Source: Octopus sinensis
Taxonomy: Eukaryota
Direction of reading: 5' to 3'
Length of the DNA stretch: 64,000 nucleotides
NCBI RefSeq assembly: GCF_006345805.1
Contig: NC_043001.1
Location: 123,814,001 to 123,878,000, forward strand
Within the stretch, counting starts at the first letter, position 1. Each line of letters begins with the position of its first letter. Of this stretch, positions 13,678-26,959 are shown piece after piece. The position numbers and the translations under genes were made by a program. Under the pieces are notes generated by a model that was given only the letters and a program-made list of their open reading frames with translations, searched no databases and was not told the origin of the DNA.

Positions 13678-14175
13678 GTATATTATATATATATTGTAGA
13701 TACAAATATATACAGTGAGTATATATATATTTTTGTGTGTAATATGTGTATACAAACACACACTTGAACATGGAGACACATACACACACATTTATATATG
13801 CATATATAAGTTCTTGTATATTTGCATATATTTATAGGTGTTCAAAAGTGTATATAAGTGGCTGTGTGCTCGTGTGTATGTGTGAGCGGATGTGTATGCG
13901 TGCGTGTGTTTGTGTGAGTGAGTGTACTGGTGTTAGATTATAAGCATGAGATTTAGAAGAGACAATAGGACGACTAAGATAACCCTCCTTGACTAAGTAA
14001 AAGGATTACGAAACTAAAGAAAGATACGGAAACAAAGACACACACTCACAAAAAACGTACACGCAAGCACACACACATACACACTCACGCATACACACAT
14101 ATACCAAGGTCCGACGTAACAGAATGTCTTTATTGCTAATATATGCAAACAATTTCGAAGACAGTTTACAAGTTA

Positions 14176-14206
<31 letters not shown>

Positions 14207-14370
14207 TAGAAGAAATGAGGTAATCAGAAGATCGGATGGTTTATATTTACAGATATTTATTTATATATTACATTTTTTACATATATATCATATCACTTAG
14301 ATCATTAGCGCTTTCTCCCATTCTAGTGGGGTTTTCAAATCAAAAACCCCACTAGAATGAATGAAAGCGT

Positions 14371-14720
14371 TACGTTCTGAGTTCAAATTCTGCCGAGGTC
14401 GACTTAGCATTTCATCCTTTTGGTGTCGATTAAATAAGTACCAGTTACGCACTGGGGTCGATATAATCGACTTAATCCGTTTATCTGTCCTTGTTTGCCC
14501 TTTCTGTGTTTAGCCTCTCGTGGGTAGTAAAAAAATAGGTATTTCGTCTGTCGTTACGTTCTGAGTTCAAATTCCGCCGAGGTCAACTTTGCCTTTCACT
14601 CTTTCGGGGTCGATGAATAAAGTACCAGTTTCGCACTGGGGTCAATATAATCGACTTAATCCCTTTGTCTGTCCTTGTTTTCCCCCTCTATGTTTAGCCC
14701 TTTGTGGGCAATAAAGAAAT
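14371..14720 (+). mobile_element. Family A SINE head-to-tail dimer (both units 5'-truncated)
   Basis: Two copies of ACGTTCTGAGTTCAAATT...GTGGG(T/C)A...AAATA joined at AAATA|GGTATTTCGTCTG. Confidence 0.85.
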
Positions 14721-15019
14721 ATATTACTAAGTCTCTCTAAAGGAGACTACGGCAGCTGTACTGGATATTAGCAGTTACCGCCAAGCTAACATGGCAGTCC
14801 ATAAATAGAGGCCTAAAGCTGACGTTGATTAGCTCCAAAAGGTCATCGCCTCTAGCTAGCTATGTGACACACGAATCTGTGTGTCCATTATAACCTTCGA
14901 ACATGGGAGGTCAGCCGCTTCCCCTTGCTGGTGAGGCATCTGCAGACATGTCTCAGGAAATCTGCCGTTACTCAATGCAGAGTAGCCAAAGCCAGCAGAC
15001 GTCACTGCTGACCGTCTCT

Positions 15020-15105
<86 letters not shown>

Positions 15106-16282
15106 GATTTGATTTTGATTTTGATTTTTCTAGTTTCAGCTAATGAGCTGTCGCCATGCTGGGGCACCGCCATTTGGTTTGCTACACGATTTTACCTCAC
15201 AGATGCTTTTTAGCAAACGCCATCTGATGCATGAGAGAGTTCGATGCAGCTGCTCTCATCTGCACCTCCTGTCGTGAAGTTGGTTCATCCGGGACACCTG
15301 ACAGGAAGAGATCCAGTCCTACTTTAAAGACATCCGCATCTACACCATGCAGGTCCCTCAGGTTCTTCGGGAGGATATTGAAGAGCTGTGGGCCTCTGAA
15401 GCCCAGGCCATAACAATATCTTGTCCTACATCTTGATGGCAAATTTGGAGTCCTTGGTACTACGCAGCGGCGTCCGGTTCTGGCATTTGTGTGACTCTCG
15501 ATGCCAAAGTCTGGGACAAGTCCTTCCAGGATCTTCCAGATATATATTATGGCATATCTTTCTCGCCTACGTGCCAGGGAATAGAGCTTTAATCTCTTGA
15601 GTCTTTCCCAGTAGCTCATATGCTGTACAGAGGCTATCTTCTTCGTGTAGCTTCGTTGGATCGCCTCAAGTTCTGTGATCAACTTGACACTGGATGGTGA
15701 CCATAGCTGAGAGCAATAGTCAAAGTGGCTTAGGACAAGTGTCTTCCAGAGGACCATCATGGTTTCTTGTTCTAGAGGTTCTAGAGGTTCTAAGAATCCA
15801 TCCAGCCAGCCGTCTACATTTCATTGTCAGTTTAGCAACATGTACATGAAAGGTTGCGTCATCACTCATGTGAATACCCAGGTCACGCACTGATTGTGCC
15901 TCTGGGATTGCAATCCCTCCGGGTCCAGTGTATTCATTGGGTATTGCATTCAGTTTTGCATGCTGATAGTATAAAGCTTGAAACTTTTCAGCATTGAACT
16001 GCATGCTATTCTTTTCAGCCCACTTGTATATTTCGTCCAGCTCACATTGCAGGTGCTTAGTGTCTTCAGGGTTCTGTATTGCCTGTGAAACTTTTGTATC
16101 ATCTGCATAACTTGTGTTCGTGGCTCTCTGCGTGGCTGAGGGTATGTCTGAGAGGGCCATTATGAACAGTAGTGGTCCCAAAACAGTGCCCTGCGGAACA
16201 CCGCTCACTATTTGCGTTCTATTCTTCAGAAAGTCATGAAGCCATTCTCCCAATTTTCCAACTATGCCAAGATCACGCAGTA
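15106..16282 (-). mobile_element. CR1-group LINE, 5'-truncated (RT core to 3' tail), frameshifted
   Basis: [69 protein letters not shown] duplication at about 15771-15788 lies at the frameshift. Ends in an (AAAATC)n tail. Confidence 0.92.
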
Positions 16283-16507
16283 TATATATATGTATATACA
16301 TATATATATACATTATATATATGTGTGTGTATGTATATATGTATGTATATATATTCATATATGGATATATATATATATATATATATTCGTTTCTCATTGT
16401 GTTCGACGTTTTTTTTGGTGTCCTGTACCCATATATGCGTGTATATATACATGTAGAGGTAGGTACGTACATATATGTATGTATATATGCATATGTTTTA
16501 TTTATTA

Positions 16508-16567
<60 letters not shown>

Positions 16568-16622
16568 ATATTATATTATTATATATATATATACATACAT
16601 ATATATATATATACATATACAA

Positions 16623-16663
<41 letters not shown>

Positions 16664-16814
16664 ATATGTTACGTACTCGATAGTCAAAATAAAACTCTGA
16701 GTTTCAGATGCCGAAGTGGGAATCCACAACGCCATCTCTTCGATTATCTGGCTATTTTCTTTTGTTATCTTACCGTTTTACCAATATATATACATATATA
16801 TATATATATTCATA

Positions 16815-17105
16815 GGTGAAGGCGCGTGGCTTAGTGTTTAGGGGCATTCGGCTCATGATAGTCCTTGAGCAAGACACTTTATTTCATGTCGATCCAGTCC
16901 ACTCAGATGGCAAAAATGAGTAGTACCTGTATTTCAAAGGGTCAGCCTTGCCACACACTATGTCTCGCTGAATCTGTCCGAGAACTACGTTAACGGTACA
17001 CGTGGTTAGGGAATGCACAGCCATTTACACGTTAATTTCACGAACAAACTGTTCCCTTGATCGTGTCAACTGAGACCCACATCGCCGCAACCAGCGGTGT
17101 GCTGC
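16815..17105 (+). mobile_element. tRNA-derived SINE with an internal deletion in the head
   Basis: GAAGGCGCGTGGCTTAGTG head, CCTTGAGCAAGACACTTTATTTCA core, and a tail homologous to 1-163. Confidence 0.75.
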
Positions 17106-17752
17106 TATGTATCATTATATTTATATATATATATATTATATTATATATATATATATATATACATATATATAATATTATTTACTTGTTTATGGCATGCTCG
17201 AGCTCCGCGTTAAAAAAATTTTATTCTATCGGTCTCTTTTCCTGAATCGCTTTCTTACGGTGGTATAAACACACCAGCACCGGTTGTCTAGCGGCCGTGT
17301 TGGGACAAACACAGATGCAAAAATATACACACGCAAATATATACAGCATACACACACACACACACACATATCAGCTTATTAGTTTATCAATATACATGTG
17401 TTTCTCTTGTTGATTTTAAGTGAATGTATAGAAATGCGCTGGAGCGTGGTTATGTGCTAGTATGCAAAATGTCTAGAAATCTGTTTTTAAATACACTCGT
17501 CAATAATGCCTGCTGTGTATGTACGTATATATTGTGTATACACGCACACACACACACACACACACAAACAAACAAACAAACAAACACACAAACACACCAA
17601 CACACACACAAACACACACACAGCCACACACCCACACGCCAAGTTGGTGTACGACAATAAATTTTATATATATAAAAGTCTATACATTCGTGTATAAGTA
17701 GACATGAATATATATATATGTATATGTATATATATATATTATATATATATAT

Positions 17753-17803
<51 letters not shown>

Positions 17804-18045
17804 TACATATATACTTACATACTTACATACACGCACATATATATATCCCATTCTGTTAATTTATATATATATCGATACATATATAGATAGAAAGAGAAGG
17901 GAAAGAGAGAAAAAAAGAGATATATACATACTTGTAGTATAGGTATGTACATACGTATATACATACTCACATACACATAAACACACACTCACAACCAGAC
18001 ACACACACACAGACACACACACGCACACCACACACACACACACAA

Positions 18046-18082
<37 letters not shown>

Positions 18083-18734
18083 ATATATATATATTCACAC
18101 GTTCATATATATATATATATATCTGTCAAATATAACAACGATGAAATTGCATAAATATTAGTTTAAATTGTACGAATGCTTACACAGAATTGACGGGGGG
18201 GAAATGCAATTACAAAACGGAATTACAAAGGTTTTTGCACAACTTTTGTTAGATATTCAATTTCAGTTTCCTTTCCGACGAAAAAAAAATAAATAAAAAT
18301 AAAAATGTCGTCTCAAATATATCATAATTTTAATAAGAAGCCTAGAAATTAATTAAGTATTTTTTGTTAGTATAGTAAACATACACAACACTAATGCACT
18401 GTAATAACACAGGTAACTGTTAGCATGCTTAACATAGTAAATGATAAAAAATACAGCGGTAGTGAGGAACCACAATCGTAAATATATAAGTAGTTCTGGC
18501 TATGAGTGGCAAAGGAGGCACCTTCAAAATTGAAATTTTAAAAATATATTAGAATTGAGTGCAGAAATTCAATGAGGAGTGATTCTGCTCTTCCATTAGT
18601 GCAGATACAATTCTAGGAATATTTCGATTTCATTAAAACTCGTTTATCTATGTTACTGCCAGATCTTAGATGCTATATTTGGATGTATAGCGAATAAATA
18701 TCTGTTGGTACCTATATATATATATATATATTAT

Positions 18735-18830
18735 AGTTAATCCAAACAGGAAAGCACAAAAAACACAACAACGCGATGACGTGGTACAAATATAGTATTA
18801 TTGGACGCTCGGGAAAGAAGGAAAGAAGGA
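18735..18830 (-). mobile_element. Truncated copy of the HHR-bearing repeat at 48978-49193 (HHR part missing)
   Basis: GTTAATCCAAA...AAACACAACAACGCGA(T/G)GACGTGG...ATAGT(A/G)TTATTGG aligns by eye with 48978-49080. Confidence 0.75.
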
Positions 18831-18980
18831 TATATATATATATATATATAAATTTATATATAGAGGGCATTATTATACATACATGCCACACGCTAAGAGG
18901 GACAAAATTAGTCATTTCTACCAAAAATTTTACTAATCCCACCGAATGCAATTTTTCAAAGTAAGACATTTAAAAATATG

Positions 18981-19027
18981 GACTTGTATCACCTGTGATT
19001 TCATACCTCTGTATTCATCAGCAAGTC
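18981..19027 (-). ncRNA. Type I hammerhead ribozyme, intact core
   Basis: Exact reverse complement of 19380-19426. Confidence 0.85.
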
Positions 19028-19379
19028 TGGACGTATCATAAATAAACGAACCCAACCCGTCTAAGCCGAGCAACTATCTGATCAACTTCAACGAAGCACA
19101 TGGGTGGGTTTACATATATTACATCCGGTAAATGGCAGACTTTTACGAATTGCATTTCGGGAAAGGAAAGGTTTCTTCGGAATAAAAATTTAGCAATTAA
19201 GGACAACTTCTTAATAAGGAAAACTTAACAAGAAATTATCGGGTAGATAACGTGAAAAACCTCATAAAAGAAAAAATTTCGAAAATAATACTTTCTTATT
19301 GAACATATTAATTTATATATAGAGGGCATTATTATACATACATGCCACGAGTTGGGTTCGTTTATTTATGATACGCCCA

Positions 19380-19426
19380 GACTTGCTGATGAATACAGAG
19401 GTATGAAATCACAGGTGATACAAGTC
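19380..19426 (+). ncRNA. Type I hammerhead ribozyme, intact core
   Basis: GACTTG-CTGATGA-ATAC(AGAG)GTAT-GAAA-TCAC(AG)GTGA-TA^-CAAGTC: 6-bp stem I, canonical CUGAUGA/GAAA core, perfect 4-bp stem II, stem III, AUA cleavage triplet (predicted cut after 19420). Confidence 0.85.
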
Positions 19427-20858
19427 CATATTTTTAAATGTCTTACTTTGAAAAATTGCATTCGGTGGGATTAGTAAAATTTTTGGTAGAAATGACTAAT
19501 TTTGTCCCTCTTAGCGTGTGGCATGTATGTATAATAATGCCCTCTATATATAAATTAATATGTTCAATAAGAAAAATTATTTTCGAAATTTTTTCTTTTA
19601 TGAGGTTTTTCACGCTATCAACCCGATAATTTCTTGTTAAGTTTTCCTTATTAAGAAGTTGTCCTTAATTGCTAAATATATATATATATAATATATATAT
19701 ATATTATATATATATATATATACATACGTATATATATACATATATGTATATATATATGTATATATGTATATATATATATATATATATGATATATATATAT
19801 AGTATATTATATTATATATATATATAGTATATATATATATATATATGTTGTTACCAGAAGCAAATCACAGATCGTTAAGTATTACAGTGTCTTCGAAAGT
19901 GATGAATTGGAATGAAGTTTATATTTTCAAATAAGAGATCGGTTTCGAATCCTTTCAAAATCTTGGGCACTGCTAAATTGACGCAGTTTGCTGGTCAGTA
20001 GTCTCAAACTGTACTGCGGATTAAGTTTACTACTCAATATGCAATGATTTGAACCCAGAACATAGAGTATTGGTGGAATGTTCGCCAATCTACCGCTCTG
20101 GGTTTTATAGTCGCCAGTAGATAAAATCAAAATTAACATTCGCAGGTTTTGAAAGCAACGTGTTAAACGTTGGAAGAAATATGGCGAAGCGTTCGTCGTG
20201 AGACTTTAACGACACTACCAATATGGCAACTGAAGGATGCTCTTTTCACTACTATAGTTTATGTGGTTGTTTTCCTTCAGAAACCTTATATGAAATACAG
20301 ATGTTAAGTGCTTCACTCTTCCCTATCTCACCCATTTCTTTGTTGTTTGTATTTCTTATTGTAGTGTTCTATCTTTTGTATTTTTGTTGCTTGTACTAGG
20401 TCAAGCTTGATCAAACATATACAAACGAAGATATTCCAGCTGTGACCATACTGTCTTAGACTACATCATGTATAATATGACTTCCCTTTTTGAAGTTACT
20501 GAGGTTGCAGTTTCAGTGAAATTTGTCCATTTGTTTGCTATTTCTAGTAGTTCAAGAAAGCCATGATGTTACACGTACTACTGAACTGATAATGCATTAG
20601 GGATAATGCCAAATGTAAACTATCGCGTGAATAACAAATTTCCTAACGAAAATGAGACAGGAAATTGTTTAATTCTCCAGTTTTCAATGGAAGAAGACCC
20701 GTTTTATCTTTCTAGACCAGTCGCAACCTTACTGCATCATTAAGCTAGAGTCTATCCCAGGTCTTTTAGTATCTGTTACTTCCCTGTTATATCAACCATT
20801 TCCAACACCAACGGTTACGTTATGAATCGTGAATATTTATACTGCAATGACGCATATA

Positions 20859-21849
20859 CGATGATTGGCTGAAAGGTTCATAGGCTGACTAAGCTACTCA
20901 CATGGAATGTTACCAAATGAATTTATATTTCGAAATAGTCCCCCCTTGCGGTCCGCACACTTCTTGCATTCGTGTTGCAGTGCTTGGATTCCTGTTCGTT
21001 AAAAAGTCACCACCAGCAGGTATGACGTCATTATCACTGCGATATTAGTTGTCAGTCAAGTGGTTTCTAATGTTGGGGAACAGATGATAGTCTGATGGGG
21101 CCAAGTGCAGAGAATATGGAGGATGATCAACCAGCTCAAACCACAGCCGCCATTGAAAGCATTTACTTGTAATTGGAGCTTTGTCGTTATGAAAGAAGAC
21201 AACATTCGTCAGTTTTCCTGGTAGTTTGGTTTTGACAGCCTTTCGTAACTGTCTCACCAAGTTCGCAAAGTACTCTTCATTGATGGTGTGACCATTTTGA
21301 AGATAATTTAATAAATACAATGATTTTTGCCCCCCCCCCCAAAGCGTGAGGTCTTCACCTTCCCCGCAGATGAAACTAGTTTGGCCTTATTTGGAGCAGG
21401 CGAGGAGGGGCGTTTCCACTGCAGAGATTGTCTGTTTCACTCTGGCTCAAAGTGCTGAACTAAAAACTCATTCTGGGCGAGGAAACGTTCAAGAAAACCA
21501 GCTGAATCTTCCCCAAACAATGTTAAATTTGTTTTCTCTTCATATGATCATCCTGGTGCGCTTTTGATCGTTGTCAGAAGACTTGGCATCAACCGAGCAG
21601 GAAGCTTCGTCATGCTAAATCATTTTTTCTTAACTCTTTTATTCGTTTCAGTCATTTGACTGCGACAATGCTGAAACGCCACCATCTGTCGAACAAGTCG
21701 ATTCCAAACTTATTCTTTGTAAGCCTAGTACTTATTCTATCGGTATATTTTGCCGAACTGCTAAGTTACGGGGACATAAACACACCAACATCGGTTGTCA
21801 AGCGATGGTGGAGAGACAAACACATATACAAAGATACACGTATTTACAT

Positions 21850-21881
<32 letters not shown>

Positions 21882-22540
21882 GTATATATATATATATGAC
21901 GGGCCTCTTTCAGTTTCCGTCTACCAAATCCACTGGCAAGGCTTTAGTCGGCCCGAGGCTGTAGTAGAAGACACTTGCCCAAGATGCCACGCAGTGGGAC
22001 TGAACCTGGAACCATGTAGTTGGGAAACAAGCTTTTTACCACACAGCCTCACCTATTCTCGACTCTCTCACGCTCTCACGGAATATGTTAATAGCATTGG
22101 CTATTTGATTTATAGTCAATCACCTGTCATCCATTAGCATGTTGTGAACGCAATCGATGTTTTTTCTCGGTGACGGCAGTTTGAGGACGTCCAGACCTTG
22201 GGTCATATTCAAATCTCTCCCTTCCTCTCCTAAATTCGGCTGTCCAGTTTTGCCCTGTTGATAAAGCTGGAGTTGATGTAGCAGCCATATCAACATTAAT
22301 GTCTTTGGAAGCTAAAACCTTTTCTACAGGTACATGTTAACATCAAATTGTCGGATTTTGTCCATTTCGAAGAGAAGTCGCTACTAGTTACTTTTGAAAT
22401 CTTCTTTGAACTGTCAGATATCAGTTTACCTGGAAAAGAAACAAGGCAGGTATTAATTAGAAACGTTGGAAATAATGCCTACAAGAGTGAACTACTCTAA
22501 CATCAGTACTTTATAGTCAACCTATAAACTCACGCAAGCC
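20859..22540 (-). mobile_element. mariner (DD34D) transposon fossil with a SINE inserted
   Basis: Minus frames give MDKI, WTAEFRRGRERFEYDPRSGRPQTA, FLERFLAQNE, TINEEYFANLVRQLRKAVK and HPPYSLHLAPSDYHLFP. TIR-like TA|CGATGATTGGCTGAAAGGTTCATAGGCTGAC at 20859 has a partial inverse near 22515-22540. Confidence 0.85.
21633..22054 (-). mobile_element. tRNA-derived SINE, family B, inserted in the mariner
   Basis: Reverse complement of the 53629-54075 family, including the internal (TA)/(TG) tract. Confidence 0.85.
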
Positions 22541-25500
22541 GGGAAACCCATAAAAGCCTTCAAGACACAAGGGATGGTACATTATTTGTACACTTCCTGA
22601 TCCTTTCCCTTCCGCATATTCATATCATTTATCTCCCTCTCTCTCATTTGCCTTTGCAGTAAATGAAATCTCTCTGCTTAGTGTCAAAAACATTTATCCG
22701 CCTAGTTTTTCTATGCTTTACTTCATTAATTTAGTAATTAGATCTTCTTAGTCGCTTTTTTTTTTCTAGTTGGACTAGAGATATTTCTATTATTTTCCGT
22801 TTTGTTTTTCTGAAATATTGATTTGTATCGGTGCACTCAATCACATTAAAACATTACTTTACTAGCACTTACCTTTATTGATCAGGTTGTAAAAAGGACA
22901 AACCGACTCTGCTGGGATATAGTTTTACGACGGAGCGCTAACGACAGCTAACTGCTAGATGCTGTATCGATACAATTAGGCATTTTACTACACTGCTGAA
23001 ATCTGCACCGCTTTAAATCACGTTTTAATACTGATTTCTATCAAAAGCATATTGCCTCGAATTTATTGGAAGAGAATAGTCATTTACACCATCTCCAGTA
23101 CTTCACTGGTACTTAAAATTTTTTGACGGCAAAAAGGTTGTAATTCAACGTATACTTGGCATGGTTTGAATGCATAACGTTAGCAATTAATTCCTGCAAG
23201 GAATTTTGTTCGATATTCTTGTAATTCTACCAGTCAGTTGTCAGTTGTGATATAAACCAGTAGATAAACAGACTAGAATGTCGAACAAAATTCGTCGCAT
23301 TATTTAATTTCAGTCTTTTACGTTCTGAGTTCAAATCCCACCGTAATCAGCTTTAGCTACCATCCTTCTTTGAACTTGATAAGGTGGTACTTTATATTGC
23401 TCCTCCTAATTTGACGGTTTTTGCCTACGGAACAGCTCAATAATAGCATGGTAAAGGAGGTCTTAGAAACTGGTAGATTCGGTTGAATGGAAACAAAAAC
23501 GCGTGGTATATGGCTACTGCCATTTATATTCTGAGTTTAAATTCTGCCGAAAGTTAACATATTGTAATATATTCCACCTGCCAAATTTGTCATCTGTGTC
23601 TATGTTAGTTTAGAAGTAAATATTAATAGGGGAAGTGATGCTTAGTCGAATAAACTACTTGATAGGCGAATAAAATAAATTGCAGTGGTAGTAATTCTTT
23701 ATGTTGCCGAGTTCAAATCCAATCGTAGGTTTGTGTCTTACTATTGATTTTGTGTTTAACTTTTTTCGTGTAGCTTCTTGTTGTTTTAGCTTTGTGTAGC
23801 TTCGTGAGAGCAGTCCTACATGGATGGGTAAGATTGATGCTGAAGGTGAATGTTTGTATAAAGATAGGCAAAACAAGATCATCTCTACATGGTCGCTAGA
23901 TTTGCTAGTAATAGCAACTAAATTTTCCTCAAATCACATATATTCGATAACACAGTCCTGGATAAACAGAAATAAAAAATATGTGTGTAATAGTCATGGT
24001 TGGAACTTTGATTTTTTTTTGGTCAGTTCAAACAGGGCCTTAAGAGAAGCAAAACCAAAGTCGGTGAGGTGAGAATCCTAAAAGGTTGACGTGGTGGTTG
24101 TTGCGGTGCTTGAAAGAGCAAGAATGAGTGAGCTTCGGTAAATATGGACCGAATGTAACAGTTCTCAAAGAATATAAGCAGTTTTAGAAGGGGCAGAGAG
24201 GGCATAGTGACAAGAGGGTGCGTTTGTGACTTACAGGTTGAAGTATATTGGTGCGTCTGTTTTTTTTGTTTTTTTTTTCGTCAATCAACTTCATTTTCAG
24301 TTCAGCTGCTTCCAACTTTTGTGTCTCGACACAATGTATGTAAACTTCAGGATGCTATAACGAGTCGGGTACGTGTCAAAATGTAGAATCAGACAGAAGT
24401 TCAATCGAAGTTATTAGACCGTTTGCGTATAAAGACAAGGCTTTTACATAGAGTATTTGCTAGATATATGTAGATATTTTCAGCATTACACTACAGCACT
24501 TTACAATATGTAGTTGTAGTCTTGTTCCAAATGTGAGAGCATTGTGTTACATTGTGTCTTTCACACGAGTTGTCAAGAATTGACCCTGTTATGAAATGGA
24601 CTATTTTCTGACATTGAAGAAAGAGATCAGTGCGTGAAAAGCAGTGTTGCTTATTTGTAGAATACAAGATGGCTAGCTGTATACAATACTTTTGAAGAGC
24701 TTAACTGCTTATTGTCCTAAACTAGAAAAGGTATTATTGTACAATATTATTTTCTATTTTCTATTATTTGATATGGGCAATATTGAACGAAGTCAACAGC
24801 TATTTGTTTTCACTAGGGAAAGTTCGCAAAATCTTTCTTTATGGGGTCAGGGGAAAGTTGGCGTGCGGCGGCTAGGTTTCCTGTGGATGGCGTCTGTATG
24901 CAGTTTAGGGATAAGTGAAGAGTAGTGTCATTGGCACAGGAGTGTGGCTAGAGGTAACGAGATGATTAGTATGGGACAGAGTGAGGGGGAGAGAAAGAGA
25001 TGATGGGTATGGGGCAGAGAGGGAGAGAGAGAAAAGGAGAGAAAGTGTGAGAGACCCAAATACTCACTGCGATCAAGCATTCTGTGAGGAAGTATGTAAT
25101 ACAAATGACAACAGAAGGATAGAACAGCCAGGAGAGCCATTCAGCCAAGAGATTTAATGTTAAACACGGCAAAATGTTTTGGTGATTCTACATGAATAGA
25201 CATGACTCGCGCCGACATTTTTAAGAAGGATGCCACTTGTGAGTAACACAACCAATAAACCCCTTGAATGTTATTGAAACTGAAGTGTTAATCACTTGGT
25301 AAAGGACGCACTCAAACAGTTAAAGGAGATTATTGACAATTGTTTCCATCTCACTTGAAACTAGGAAGTTAGGACTATAGGTAAATAGTTAGAGTCAATG
25401 ACATTGCTAAAGCTTGTTATATGTCACCATTTAGAAGGGAATATTGTGTAATATGGGGATATGTAATAGGAAGAATTGATGCGGTAGTTAGAAATTAATA

Positions 25501-26678
25501 TCAATAATTGCAGGAGATATTTTAAATTTATTTTCAAATTATTCTAGAAATACTGGATTGCCAATTTGCATTACTAGCTTTCCTGCTCACTGAATAACAT
25601 TTAAACTGTTGTGAAGTCACATTAAGCATGACTTGTAGTAATGAGATGTATGAAATCGTGTTGGAAAGACCGCCGGTATCAACCAGTGAAATATCCAGCC
25701 GTCACATTAAACTAAGCGCTTTAACAACAGCATCAAATTTTCTATTAGTATAAACTTAATAACGGAGTTAAGAACCCAATAAATCACCCAGTCAATTAAC
25801 TAATTAATTAATTAATTGATTAAATAATTAACATATCCTTCAAGCTAGTATGCCGATAATATGATTCAACATCTGGTACATTTATCTTAACCGCAAACTC
25901 AGGACCTATTGATTTCCTTTAGATTTATAACGTCTACATATTAATGTAAGACACTACGTTGAAAATGACACATGTACAATGATGAACGGTTCTCATGATT
26001 CTATTGTCAGCATAATGCACTTGCAAAAACCTTCCGCCTTTATTGTTGGAACCTATCAGTTGTGAATACGAAAATTAATCATTGAAAAAATCTTGAAAGG
26101 TTACGGAAAGACGAGCAGACTAATCATTGTCTTCATATTCTGACCTTTTGTGTTTTTGCTTGTTTTATATTTGAAGAATCGTAAAGCCAGATTTTGCAGA
26201 GAATGAGGCGCGGTCAAGTGGTCCGTTAATCGTCGAGGAATCACTGAAAAATATTCTAATACATTATTTAGTTCAAGACTTGTTATTGAAACTTAAACCC
26301 ATCAAGACTATACATATTGAGCTGAACTCAAAACTACGGGGCAAAAAGAAAACAAAAAAGACTTTTCAGTGATATAAATGACCTTAAATCTTCTGTGACC
26401 TTCATACTAGTTCTAAGTCATACATGCACACATGTACACATACGTACGCATACGCAAACATATTACTGGTAAAAATTGTGAAGGTGTTTGTTCCAGCGCT
26501 GTCACATCCGATTCCTTTCACATTCACCAAGTCGCTTCAGTCTTGGACATGGTCAGAAAATAAAGTCGCTGGAAGGGTTGAACTATCCACGTATCGAGTT
26601 GATATTTTGTATACTGTGTAGCTTATTTACTTCGTCCCTCAACTTCTGATGAAGACACCTGACTGCCTTCTCCCTGTT

Positions 26679-26783
26679 GCATCCAGCAACAGGACCTCCG
26701 TAATGCTATGATGGACCGTGAAGTCTGGCGTAGCATAGTAAATTCCATTGTCTCGACCACGGTCGAACAATGATGATGATGAT
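26679..26783 (+). mobile_element. RTE-like LINE extreme 3' end
   Basis: IQQQDLRNAMMDREVWRSIVNSIVSTTVEQ* followed by a (TGA)n tail, resembling the RTE ORF C-terminus (DR..WR). Confidence 0.55.
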
Positions 26784-26959
26784 CTCCCTTTCCACATCAT
26801 GCTACTCCATATGTCAGAACTGTGTGTCATAGCTCCGGTCTCCAGTAAAGGGTTGGTGAGGGGGAAGAATGGTGAGAGGTGATAAAATGAAGTATGGTAG
26901 AATCAGTGGAGGGCTAGAAAAGTTTTTCTGTAGTATTAAATTTTCTCCACAAACATTTT

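Larger units (their letters stand above)
18851..19677. mobile_element. HHR-bearing 459-nt repeat unit as a partial tandem plus an inverted copy (Penelope-like terminal repeat / retrozyme-like)
   Basis: 18851-18889 equals 19310-19348 (period 459). 19351-19556 is the reverse complement of 18851-19056. 19557-19677 is the reverse complement of about 19188-19309. Flanked by (TA)n. Confidence 0.8.

Noticed and set aside
15720-16622. 300-aa ORF treated as an intact reverse transcriptase gene
   Set aside because: The N-terminal half is microsatellite, and the RT part is 5'-truncated, appears internally deleted and is frameshifted.
16172-18043. Many YI/HT/CV-repeat ORFs here and throughout the window
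   Set aside because: They are products of (TA)n and (CA)n microsatellites, not genes.
22400-22445. Strong minus-strand acceptor TTCTTTTCCAG suggesting a host exon
   Set aside because: The downstream sequence translates to the mariner transposase N-terminus.
24235-24360. Possible minus-strand exon (HPEVYIHCVETQKLEAAELKMKLIDEKK...|GTAAGT)
   Set aside because: The acceptor is weak, the frame depends on two poly-A runs, and I recognise no homology.
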